Origin: an uncultured bacterium
Lineage (GTDB): Bacteria > Patescibacteriota > Minisyncoccia > UBA6257 > 2-01-FULL-56-20
Assembly (NCBI GenBank): GCA_963705915.1
Contig: OY970126.1
Coordinates: forward strand, 751,893 to 815,892
Length of the DNA stretch: 64,000 bases
Direction of reading: 5' to 3'
The notes under the pieces were generated by a model. That model saw only the letters and a list, made by a program, of their open reading frames with translations. It was not told where the DNA came from and ran no database searches. Each line of letters opens with the position of its first letter. Position 1 is the stretch's first letter. Below are positions 10,081 to 19,181 of this stretch, in pieces. A program made the translations under genes and the position numbers.

Positions 10081-12297
10081 ATGCGCATCCCATGGTATCT
10101 CACACTTATCTTCATTATTTTTAGCATTGTCGCCGGATTGGTGCACCCGAACATCACCTCCGCGGCCGGCGGCATTCTTTTTAATCAGCCAGACGACTCG
10201 GCGATTTCGCAGTGGAGTTGGTATAGCGACAATTGGTATCAGCTTGGGCGCGGTTTTGCGGGAACGATCACGTCGCTCACGCTCGAAGGCATGGTAAATG
10301 ACTCGGTGTATGGGGCCTCATCCATTTCACTCAAAGAATTCAGCGATGAGAACTATAGCCAGCTTGTAAATACCTACACGATTTCTGATGATGCGCCTTT
10401 TACCGCTGATGGGCTCACCAAGGCCACGTTTTCGGATTTAGATATTCCACTCGATCCAAACCATTATTACCGGCTTGACACAACACAGGGGCGGCAGAAC
10501 GTGAGCGTCATCCTTGCTGGTACGCCGGGCATTGGCACGGCGATGGCCGATCAGTTTGTGTACGGCGTCGGCCGCGTGGAAGCTGATTATGCGTTTTATC
10601 CCTACATACTCGTTACGGGAAGTTTCAATGAGCCGCTTGTGATCGTGCCGGGGATCATGGGCTCCGAACTCGACGGCGCATCACAGAGCTCTGCGCCGGG
10701 CAAAGAATATTGGCCGGACGTGACCGACATGGCGAATTCGGGGGACGACTCGTATCTCGACGCGTTGAAGCTCGCGCCGGACGGCACGCAAATTTCCGGC
10801 AACGAGATGACGGCAGGCGACATCATCCGTTCGGCAACGGGTACGTATAATCGTTTGATTATTCCGATCCCGATCGATGATCCTGTCTATGGAAATTTGA
10901 TAAAAACATTTACCGATATCGGTTACGTTGAAGGCCAGACTTTGTTCGTTGCGCCCTATGATTGGCGGCTCGATGTGGCAAGTTCTGCCGTTGCGGTTGG
11001 CGCTGTGATACAAAAAGCGCTTACTGCGTCACCAACAGGGAAGATAAACATCATCGCGCACAGCATGGGTGGCTTGGCCGTGAAGGCCTATCTCGCGGGC
11101 CTCTCGGGCACGAGCACGGGGACCAACACCAGCGCTAGCACAAGCGCTTCGTTTATCGATAAGCTTATTTTCTCGGGCGTACCTCAGCTTGGAGCGCCAT
11201 ACGTTTTTAAAGCTTTGCAATACGGCGACAATCTTGGCTTCACCGTCGGCCCGTTTGACCTGCTGAATCCGGACGAGGTGAAATCCATCACGCAGAACAT
11301 GCCTGGTGTTTATGATCTCTTGCCGTCACGCCGGTTTGTGAGCATCGACGGCGGCTACATTTTGCGCGACGTGACGGACGACGCGGGCAATGTTTCGACC
11401 GCTCCGCTCGATTTTGATGAAACAAACGAATTGCTCACCGAAAATCCGGGCGACGCGCGAAATGCTGGTCTGCTTTCGCGCGCCGACGCATTTCACGGCG
11501 GACTCGATGATGTTTCCCTTGGCCCATCACAAATCTTCAATATCGTGGGCTGCCAGGATCCAACGCCCGAGCAATATATTCTTCACGAAGACGGTTCGAT
11601 CGATATCAACCGCGCAAACGGCGACGGCAGCGTGCCTGTCGATTCGGCTATGAATCTTGCGAATGGCTACCAAAATTATTTTGTTTTAAATTCGGAAAAC
11701 GGCGTTGATCACGAAGGCCTCATCCGCGATGCCCAGCCGCTTGCACTCATGCAGGCTATCATCCAAGGGACCACTTCATCGCTCGCACTCGAACCGCTCG
11801 GTATTTCGACCGCAACGGAGGATTGCGTTGAAGGACGCGGCGCGGTGCGTCCGGCGGCGATCGAGGTGAGCGCTTCGGGATCGAGCACGATCGATGTGTA
11901 TGATGCAAACGGCGACCATGTCGGCGTGAACGGCGCGGGCGATGTCGATCTCCAAATCCCCGGGAGCTCATACGATACGATTGGCGGAAATACGTTTGTG
12001 ACGCTGCCCGCGTCGACGAGTGCATATAAGGTAACCGTGAAAGCAGCCAAGAAAAGTACGGTGAAAGTGAAAACCTACGATACGTCGACAAAAGTGACGA
12101 CGACAACGGCCTACACCGACGTGCCGCTCGATTCGGCATCATCGACGGCCACGCTTCTTCTCGCAGAGAATTCTTCCACCGCGTTCACGGCCAGCCTCAC
12201 GGTCGATGAGAGTGGCGCAGGCGCAACAGGCACTCCGATCGAGCCGGATGGGGCGGAGGTTCCGGAACATGTCGCACCTGCGTGTATGCGGATGTAG
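10081..12297 (+). CDS. secreted alpha/beta-hydrolase (lipase/esterase class) with N- and C-terminal beta-rich extensions
   Basis: N-terminal signal/TM segment; GXSXG nucleophile elbow IIAHSMGGLAV; strong RBS AAGGTGGTG; 738 aa. Confidence 0.6.
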   Translation: MRIPWYLTLIFIIFSIVAGLVHPNITSAAGGILFNQPDDSAISQWSWYSDNWYQLGRGFAGTITSLTLEGMVNDSVYGASSISLKEFSDENYSQLVNTYTISDDAPFTADGLTKATFSDLDIPLDPNHYYRLDTTQGRQNVSVILAGTPGIGTAMADQFVYGVGRVEADYAFYPYILVTGSFNEPLVIVPGIMGSELDGASQSSAPGKEYWPDVTDMANSGDDSYLDALKLAPDGTQISGNEMTAGDIIRSATGTYNRLIIPIPIDDPVYGNLIKTFTDIGYVEGQTLFVAPYDWRLDVASSAVAVGAVIQKALTASPTGKINIIAHSMGGLAVKAYLAGLSGTSTGTNTSASTSASFIDKLIFSGVPQLGAPYVFKALQYGDNLGFTVGPFDLLNPDEVKSITQNMPGVYDLLPSRRFVSIDGGYILRDVTDDAGNVSTAPLDFDETNELLTENPGDARNAGLLSRADAFHGGLDDVSLGPSQIFNIVGCQDPTPEQYILHEDGSIDINRANGDGSVPVDSAMNLANGYQNYFVLNSENGVDHEGLIRDAQPLALMQAIIQGTTSSLALEPLGISTATEDCVEGRGAVRPAAIEVSASGSSTIDVYDANGDHVGVNGAGDVDLQIPGSSYDTIGGNTFVTLPASTSAYKVTVKAAKKSTVKVKTYDTSTKVTTTTAYTDVPLDSASSTATLLLAENSSTAFTASLTVDESGAGATGTPIEPDGAEVPEHVAPACMRM

Positions 12298-12482
12298 ACG
12301 CCGTGCTAAAATATCACCATGACAAAAAAGAGCGTTTGGGCTTTTTGGATAGTACTCATCATCATTGTGCTCGCCGTCATCATCTATTACGTCGCCCCGT
12401 CGTTCTTCCGTTTCGGTGGCCTCGCTTTATAGATCGGGCTGTTGTGCCGCGCGGAGACCTCGCCCGATCATGGCTCCCAAGC

Positions 12483-13817
12483 TTAGTCCGGACTCACAAA
12501 AATCGATTTGAGGGTTTTTAAAATGATTGCCCAATCGAGAATGACCGAACGATTTTTGAGATAGTAAACATCGTATTCAAGTTTTTCCATCACGTCTTCG
12601 ATGGTCGTGTCTTTGTGCCAGTGGATTTGCGCCCAGCCGGTCACGCCTGGTTTGATGAGTAAGCGTACTTCATAATAGGGTATTTGTGTCTTGAGCTTCT
12701 CTACGAACTCGGGCCGTTCGGGTCGCGGGCCGACGAATGACAAGTCACCCTTCATGATGTTCCAAAGCTGCGGCAATTCGTCGAGGTGGCTCGCGCGGAG
12801 GAAGTGCCCGATGATTGTCGTCCGCGGGTCGCCGCGGACTGCGCTCCAAACGGCACCATCTTTTTCAGCATCCATGCGCATCGTGCGAAATTTGTAGAGG
12901 GTAAAGTTCTGCTCTTTTTCGCCGACGCGCACTTGTTTATAGATCACAGGCCCGCGCGACGTTAGTTTTATGAGCATGGCGATGATGAGCTCAACCGGCA
13001 AAAGGACGAGACCGATCGCGAGCGCAGCCAAAAACTCCGACGCGCGCTTGAGCTGATCGTAGAAACGGACTTCGGCGGCGATATTTTCGATGAACCATGC
13101 CTCTTCAAGCGATCGCAGGGGAATTTTTCTCAAAATAGCTTCATTGAATGAGACGAGGTCGGTCACCAAAAGTCCTTTGCCAAAAAGTTCGTAGAGCGCT
13201 CGCACCAGGCGGGCGTCTCGTTTTAATTGATGGGGGACGACGAGCAGGTTGATGTCGTTTTCTTCGGCTGCCCTTCGCAACGCGTCCGGTGAGGCGTACG
13301 CCTGTTCCTCGGTAAGCTCGACTTTGAGGTCGTAGCCGAGTTGCGGATTGTCTCTCAAGGTCTTTTTTAATAGTTCCGCCACGGGGCCGTTGCCGACCAT
13401 GAGGACTTTATTCGGCGCTTCGCCGAACGACATGAATCGATTCGCGCCGCGGCGCCAGAAAATTTCGACGATGGCGAAGATGACGATGAAAATGAGGAGG
13501 TTGGTTTTTGGTGCGATGCCGAATGCCGGAATGAGGTAGAAGAGCAATACGGCAATCACTCCGCTCACGACGAGGGTGAGGAATAATGTTTTGATGAAGT
13601 CGAGATTGTTCCGGAGGCGACGCAAGTCGTAGAGGCCGGCGACGTAGAATAGCAGGAGCCACACGATGAAGATGATCGTGAAGGGCAGCGCGTGGACGTC
13701 CTCAAATTGCTCATAAAAATCGCCGCCGTAGCGGATGAGGAGGGTTAGAAAAAGCGACGCATACAGTGCGACCGCGTCTCCGAGCAAAAAGAGGAATATC
13801 TTGAATCGATTGCCCAT
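12483..13817 (-). CDS. polyprenyl-phosphate sugar phosphotransferase (WbaP/bacterial sugar transferase family)
   Basis: N-terminal TM helices; C-terminal DLSFVGPRPERPEF..GVTGWAQI..YYL.NRS signature. Confidence 0.85.
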   Translation of the reverse strand: MGNRFKIFLFLLGDAVALYASLFLTLLIRYGGDFYEQFEDVHALPFTIIFIVWLLLFYVAGLYDLRRLRNNLDFIKTLFLTLVVSGVIAVLLFYLIPAFGIAPKTNLLIFIVIFAIVEIFWRRGANRFMSFGEAPNKVLMVGNGPVAELLKKTLRDNPQLGYDLKVELTEEQAYASPDALRRAAEENDINLLVVPHQLKRDARLVRALYELFGKGLLVTDLVSFNEAILRKIPLRSLEEAWFIENIAAEVRFYDQLKRASEFLAALAIGLVLLPVELIIAMLIKLTSRGPVIYKQVRVGEKEQNFTLYKFRTMRMDAEKDGAVWSAVRGDPRTTIIGHFLRASHLDELPQLWNIMKGDLSFVGPRPERPEFVEKLKTQIPYYEVRLLIKPGVTGWAQIHWHKDTTIEDVMEKLEYDVYYLKNRSVILDWAIILKTLKSIFVSPD

Positions 13818-13832
13818 GGGGGATATACGAGC

Positions 13833-14795
13833 TTACCGCGTTTTGAGGGTTTTCTCAATTCCTTCTGCGAGCGAATAGCGAGGCTTCCAGCCGAGGATTT
13901 TTGACGCGCGGGCATAGCTCATCGAAATGCGTTTCACTTCCCCCGCGCGCACCGGTGTGTACTTTGCTTTGTGAGGGAAGTGGAGTCCCTGTGCGATCGC
14001 CGAATAAATTTGGTCGTCAGACGTCTCGCGGGCTGAGGCGATATTGATGATGGTATTCGTTCCACGGGTGAGACCGAGCACGCTTGCATGGGCAACGTCT
14101 TCAACGTAGACATAGTCGCGCGTCTTCTTTCCATTGCCAAAAATGGTTGGCGTCTTCCCGCGGCGCATGAGGCCTACGAAAATCGGAAAGATGCCGGCAC
14201 CGCCCTGTTCGCGTTGCCGCGGCCCATACACGTTTGCATAACGAAAGATGACATACTCGATGCCGTACGCACCGCAATAATATTCGATCATTTGCTCATC
14301 GACGCGCTTTGAAAGTGCATACGGTGAAAGGGGATTTGGTGGTGTTGATTCTGTGGCAGGTAATTTTTTTGGGTTGCCATAGATTGCGCCGCCAGTCGAC
14401 GAGAAAAGCATTTTCTTTTTTTGCCTGCCCTGCCCGCCACGTCCGCCGCGCGCACTGCGTCCCGCACGGGAGCCGCTCTTTGAAAAGGCGACGATCAAAT
14501 TAAGTGTGCCTGTCACGTTGATCGCAAAGGTCTCTTGGGGTTGCTTCACCGATTCCGTGACGCTGATGAACGCGGCGTGATGGTTTAAGACATCCGGTTT
14601 TTCGGCGGCAAAGATCTTGTCCATCGCGCGGGCGTCCCGGATGTCGGCTTTATAAAATTTTGCGCCAGCGGGAATGTTCGTCCGGCGTCCGGAAGAAAGG
14701 TTGTCGATCACGACCACGCGGTGTCCTTTGCGAACATAGGCTTCCGCCACATGACTTCCGATGAACCCCGCGCCTCCCGTTACGATGATTTTCAT
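13833..14795 (-). CDS. NAD-dependent epimerase/dehydratase (UDP-sugar 4-epimerase-like) with an Arg/Gly-rich insertion
   Basis: MKIIVTGGAGFIGSH Rossmann motif, YxxxK region; start chosen at the Met at 14795 (the ORF-track N-extension overlaps the upstream gene). Confidence 0.75.
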   Translation of the reverse strand: MKIIVTGGAGFIGSHVAEAYVRKGHRVVVIDNLSSGRRTNIPAGAKFYKADIRDARAMDKIFAAEKPDVLNHHAAFISVTESVKQPQETFAINVTGTLNLIVAFSKSGSRAGRSARGGRGGQGRQKKKMLFSSTGGAIYGNPKKLPATESTPPNPLSPYALSKRVDEQMIEYYCGAYGIEYVIFRYANVYGPRQREQGGAGIFPIFVGLMRRGKTPTIFGNGKKTRDYVYVEDVAHASVLGLTRGTNTIINIASARETSDDQIYSAIAQGLHFPHKAKYTPVRAGEVKRISMSYARASKILGWKPRYSLAEGIEKTLKTR

Positions 14796-14802
14796 TTCTT
14801 TA

Positions 14803-15696
14803 TTATAGATGCTTTGCGACGAAATAGATGTAGATGAAATAGATGATGCCCGCGAGGATAGCAACCGTGAAAAGTGCGATGCAAACGCCGATGAGCCACT
14901 CGCGGCCTTCATTCGCCGGCGTGTAAGCGAGTGTGCCGTTCTCCTGCGGTCTCAAGTCGGTATAGGTTTTACTCAAAGGACGTTTCAAAAATGTTATCCA
15001 AAAATAATTGAGGCCGTAGCGGAGTCCGATCGTGAGCGCGCCTTCTTTTGCAAGGCGGCGTCCGGAGGAGAGGATCGGCAGTTTGAAGGTAAATTTCACA
15101 TTGCCTACTTTACTCATACGTCGCGCGATATCCGTGTCTTCCCCGTAGAAAACGATATTCGTATCGTAGCCGCCAATTTTTTCGAGCGCGGTCCGGCGAA
15201 CGATGAAATTCCCGCCTTGCACGACGGAGCCCATGCGAAACACAAAACGCATCATGAGATAGATGATGTAAGAAATGTAATAAAAGAAACGGACAAAGAA
15301 TCGCGCTGTTTTCGGAAGGTCGTAATAAATGAAAGGTCCGGACAGCGTGACAAGCTTCGGATCTTTTGCAAACTCTTTGAAAACCGTGTCGACCCATCCT
15401 GGCGTCAGTTGGTTGTCGGCGTCGACGTTTGCAATCAGTTCCCCATGCGACGCAAGAAATCCCGCGCGCCGCGCCCACACGATGCCTTTGCGGGGCTCGT
15501 CGACGACCGTCACGCCGGGATAGCGTAAGGCAACTTCGCGCGTGTTGTCGGTCGACGCGTTGTTTGCGACGATGATTTCGATATCCTGCTCGTGGCCTTT
15601 CGATTCACGGATGATCGCTTCGAGGCATTTCCCGATGATTGCAGATTCGTTATGCGCCGGGATGACGAAGCTCAGTTTCATGATTTTGGCGGCCAC
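14803..15696 (-). CDS. family 2 glycosyltransferase with C-terminal TM anchor
   Basis: LSFVIPAHNE...IIVANNASTDNT, DxD-like VDAD, hydrophobic C-terminal tail. Confidence 0.8.
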   Translation of the reverse strand: MAAKIMKLSFVIPAHNESAIIGKCLEAIIRESKGHEQDIEIIVANNASTDNTREVALRYPGVTVVDEPRKGIVWARRAGFLASHGELIANVDADNQLTPGWVDTVFKEFAKDPKLVTLSGPFIYYDLPKTARFFVRFFYYISYIIYLMMRFVFRMGSVVQGGNFIVRRTALEKIGGYDTNIVFYGEDTDIARRMSKVGNVKFTFKLPILSSGRRLAKEGALTIGLRYGLNYFWITFLKRPLSKTYTDLRPQENGTLAYTPANEGREWLIGVCIALFTVAILAGIIYFIYIYFVAKHL

Positions 15697-16403
15697 TCTT
15701 TGTTATACGAACGATTGAGAAATTTCATATAAAAATAATTTACAAACCAGAGCCACAGGAGTTTTTCCCAGCCGAGCTGTTTTGAGCGCCGGTTGATCGT
15801 GTAGACCTTGAGCCCCCAATCAACGTATGTGCGGCCGATTTTGGACAGCCGCGCAAAGAGATCGTTATCTTCGGCCACGGGGAGATATTCCTTGAACCCG
15901 TGAAGCTCTTCAAATGCTTTTCGCTTCATGATTTGGAATTCGCCCGATGCGGCGCCGTTGTGCCACCAATTGTTATCCATGAGTCGGAAGAAATTGATGA
16001 CGGTGAGGATCATGCGATCCCAGATAGACGCCTCTTCTGGAAGGATTTCGATCTTTACCGTTGCGCCGACGAGACCCGGGATTGCGGCGAAGTCCGCGAA
16101 CAATTTCTTGAAGAAATTGTTCGGGTCCGGGACGAAGATGTCGGAATCGACGAAGGCAAGATATTCGCCGGTCGCCGACTTGGCACCGAAGTTTCGGTTA
16201 GCGGCTATCGTGCTTTTCCCTTCGGTGATATGCCGCACCACCTTCGCATATTTTGCGGCGATCTCGCGCGTTTTGTCGGTGGACGCGTCGTCCGTCACGA
16301 TAATCTCGTGCTCAACTTCGGTGAGGTTGTCGTGGATTTGTTTGAGCACCCATCCGATCGACTTCTCTTCATTCCGCGCAGGAATGACGATAGAAAGCTT
16401 CAT
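15678..16403 (-). CDS. family 2 glycosyltransferase
   Basis: LSIVIPARNEEKSI..IIVTDDASTDKT..FVDSD motif set. Confidence 0.8.
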   Translation of the reverse strand: MKLSIVIPARNEEKSIGWVLKQIHDNLTEVEHEIIVTDDASTDKTREIAAKYAKVVRHITEGKSTIAANRNFGAKSATGEYLAFVDSDIFVPDPNNFFKKLFADFAAIPGLVGATVKIEILPEEASIWDRMILTVINFFRLMDNNWWHNGAASGEFQIMKRKAFEELHGFKEYLPVAEDNDLFARLSKIGRTYVDWGLKVYTINRRSKQLGWEKLLWLWFVNYFYMKFLNRSYNKEWPPKS

Positions 16404-16447
16404 ATGGCTTCTAGTATAACCGAAATCGAGCTGAATTTCCCGCCTGA

Positions 16448-17059
16448 TTACTGAGCTTTATTCGGGGTCTCCAGGCTCCCAAACCGCCTCTTCATATATC
16501 GGCTAAAGCCATAGCCGACGGCAAAGACGATGACGATCGCGGCGCCAAGGAACATCCAACGGAATCCCTTGTCGATGGACGTGTACACATTGCCGAGAAA
16601 ATAGCCGACGCCCATGAGGAATCCCGTCCAGATGAACTGGCCGAGAATATTGATCGTCATATATTTTTTGAAATTGATTTTGAGCGCGCCGGCAGCGACG
16701 AGTGTCGCGAGCGCAAACCCGAAGCCCATCGTGATCTTCGAAATAAATAAAATTTTTTGCTGGTGCGTTTTGAAAAACTCTTCTGCGCGTTCAACATTCT
16801 CTTCGGTGAGGTTCACGAAGCGTCCGTATTTTTGGATGAGCGGTTGAGCGCCATGTTCGCCGATTTTATACCAAATAACATCACCGGTGAGGTCGCCGGC
16901 GCTTGTGAGGAGGTAAATGGGCCAAAAATAAAAGAAACCGAGATGCACGAGGAATCCCGAAACCATCATAAGCACCGGACCCTCAACAATCGCGAGTGGA
17001 TAGGCGATGGCGTAGCGATAGGCGAGGAGCCACGAGATTATCAAATCCGCCTGCGGCAT
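16448..17059 (-). CDS. DedA/SNARE-associated (TVP38/TMEM64) family membrane protein
   Basis: 203 aa, 4-5 TM helices, conserved G..GDLTGD..WY.IG core. Confidence 0.75.
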   Translation of the reverse strand: MPQADLIISWLLAYRYAIAYPLAIVEGPVLMMVSGFLVHLGFFYFWPIYLLTSAGDLTGDVIWYKIGEHGAQPLIQKYGRFVNLTEENVERAEEFFKTHQQKILFISKITMGFGFALATLVAAGALKINFKKYMTINILGQFIWTGFLMGVGYFLGNVYTSIDKGFRWMFLGAAIVIVFAVGYGFSRYMKRRFGSLETPNKAQ

Positions 17060-17095
17060 AATTGCTAATTATACGCTATATGGGAAAATTGAGGT

Positions 17096-18448
17096 ATGAA
17101 TTTCGAAAAGCCGTCCCAAAGTAGAGAGACCCAAGAATCGCAGGAAAACCGCGAAACGAGAGAGTCGCTCGGTATTGATTTCTTTGTGTCGGACCATAAC
17201 ACCAATCATCAGGGGATTTCTATAGAACAGGAACGGGAGTTGTATGCCGACATGAAGAAGCACGGCATTTCGACGGTGCGCTTTGATCTCGGCTGGAAAG
17301 AACTTCTACCTGAGGCCGGAAAACGCGATGAAAATTTTTTCGAGCGATACGCGAACATCCTGAAGACGATTGAAGAGATTGGCATGAAACCCCCAACTGT
17401 TGTGGTTTCGAATCCACCGGGTTGGGCTGAGGGATTATATAAAAACGATAAAGAAAAATATTTTCAGGCTTACGAAGAATATCTTGACTTGGTATCGCAG
17501 CTCATCAAGGTATCAGGAACAAAAATATATTCGGCTCAATTATTTAACGAAATCAATAATGCGACCCTTTTTAAGTTTATCGACGTCGAGGATCTACCCC
17601 GATGCGCGCAGATTGCCCGAAAAGTATTGAGTGCTGTCCAGCCTGATATAAAAATCGCGACGAGCATCATCGCTGGCAATATCAGCGATAACTGGCCAGC
17701 GCATGCGCCGTTCATAAAGAGAAAAGAAGACCGTCCGCCTGTCGAGGAGTATCTCGATAAGAACGGGCCGATGCTCAAAGAAAATTTCGACCTGGTGCAG
17801 GTCGATTATTATCCGGGTGTTTGGCATCTACCCGTTGGAGCCGAGGAAAGTACGGCGGGAAATCTTCTCGGACGTGAGGAAGCGAACGGAAATCCTTCCG
17901 ATCCTTTCACCCCGCGGAAATTGAATGCCACGTTAAATAATTTTGCATTATTCAAAAATGTGGCTGAAAAATTGTCAGCACTTAGCATTCCTTACGAAAT
18001 AGGCGAAAGCGGGTTCCCGACGAACGCGCCTTATAGCACCGAAGATCGCCAGCGATTTGCCTATGACATATACTTCCGGGCCCTGCGTCAGACACTCATC
18101 GATTTTAAGCATCGCGGAATCGCTTTGCCTGAACGCGTTGGTATTTTCAGTACGCAAGACGCTGAAAACCCAGGCTACGGAGGCATTATCGACAAAATAT
18201 TAAAAATTCCGGGTGCCCAGAAAGTTGCGCGTCTTGTTCCGAATCCCGAAAACGATTGGGGCCTACGGAAAAAGTTTGAAGTAGGAGAGACGTTAGGAGT
18301 CGCGAAAAGCATTTTGCAGGCAAAGAGAAAGCGATTGCCCGTCAAAGCCGAACGCGCAGGCAAGCGAACGTTGGATCGCAAAAATCAACAAGAGACCTCG
18401 CAGCTCAAAAAGATTATCGAGTACGTAAACCGGCCGATTGAAGACTGA
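17096..18448 (+). CDS. putative TIM-barrel glycoside hydrolase (GH5-like)
   Basis: TVRFDLGW, LFNEINN (NEP-like acid/base) and IGESG (nucleophile-like) motifs; by-eye assignment only. Confidence 0.4.
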   Translation: MNFEKPSQSRETQESQENRETRESLGIDFFVSDHNTNHQGISIEQERELYADMKKHGISTVRFDLGWKELLPEAGKRDENFFERYANILKTIEEIGMKPPTVVVSNPPGWAEGLYKNDKEKYFQAYEEYLDLVSQLIKVSGTKIYSAQLFNEINNATLFKFIDVEDLPRCAQIARKVLSAVQPDIKIATSIIAGNISDNWPAHAPFIKRKEDRPPVEEYLDKNGPMLKENFDLVQVDYYPGVWHLPVGAEESTAGNLLGREEANGNPSDPFTPRKLNATLNNFALFKNVAEKLSALSIPYEIGESGFPTNAPYSTEDRQRFAYDIYFRALRQTLIDFKHRGIALPERVGIFSTQDAENPGYGGIIDKILKIPGAQKVARLVPNPENDWGLRKKFEVGETLGVAKSILQAKRKRLPVKAERAGKRTLDRKNQQETSQLKKIIEYVNRPIED

Positions 18449-18466
18449 GCTTGCTATACTATCCCT

Positions 18467-19141
18467 ATGCAGAGTCCATTCAGAAAGCATAAAGGTGGTT
18501 TCTGGACGCCGGCGCGAAAGCGCTCAATGTATTTGGGGATCGTGCTGCTTGTGCTTGCCGTTGTCGTGCAGCTCACGCTTGGTCCGTATTCGTCGCGGGA
18601 GGCGATGGGTGCAGCGCCAGCGAGCGATATTTTTCTCGACAATCTTCCGGTTGTGAACCTAACCTTCGTTATCGTGCTTTGGGCGATCGCCGTATGGGTG
18701 CTTGCGTGGTGGCTGCTTGTGACGAACCCCAAGCGGCTCATATTCGGAACGAAAGCGATTGCGCTCTATATAATCTGTCGTGCATTTTTTGTGAGTCTCA
18801 CCCACATCGGGCCGTATCCGATGCAATATTCACCGGGTCCGGACAATGTCGGCTTTAAGCTCTATCAATTATTCACGTTCCAGGGAAATTATTTTTTCTC
18901 CGGGCACACCGGCTTTCCATTCCTCATCGCCCTCCTGTTTTGGGATGAAAAACTTTGGCGTCGTTTCTTCTTGTTTCTCACTGCCTTCTTTGGGTTAGCC
19001 GTACTCCTCGCCCACGTGCACTATTCGATTGATGTTTTTGCCGCGCCCTTCATTGTGTATGGCACATTCGTTATAACGGCAAGGATTTTCCGGGAAGATT
19101 ATGCGTTATTGCCGGGCGAAAGGCCCGGCCTTCCTGCGTGA
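18467..19141 (+). CDS. PAP2_C / sphingomyelin-synthase-like membrane protein
   Basis: Multiple TM helices; SGHT motif (FFSGHTGF) and HYxxDV motif (HVHYSIDVFAAPFIVY) match the SMS/IPC-synthase D3/D4 motifs. Confidence 0.5.
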   Translation: MQSPFRKHKGGFWTPARKRSMYLGIVLLVLAVVVQLTLGPYSSREAMGAAPASDIFLDNLPVVNLTFVIVLWAIAVWVLAWWLLVTNPKRLIFGTKAIALYIICRAFFVSLTHIGPYPMQYSPGPDNVGFKLYQLFTFQGNYFFSGHTGFPFLIALLFWDEKLWRRFFLFLTAFFGLAVLLAHVHYSIDVFAAPFIVYGTFVITARIFREDYALLPGERPGLPA

Positions 19142-19181
19142 GTGCTTGCCGCAGATCGTCTCGCGCGATATCATTATCCTC

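Noticed and set aside
13833-14912. 39-aa N-terminal extension of the epimerase ORF (MKAASGSS...)
   Set aside because: The extension overlaps the stop of the upstream GT2 gene and is Ser-rich low complexity. The canonical Rossmann start MKIIVTGGAGFIGS begins at the internal Met (14795).
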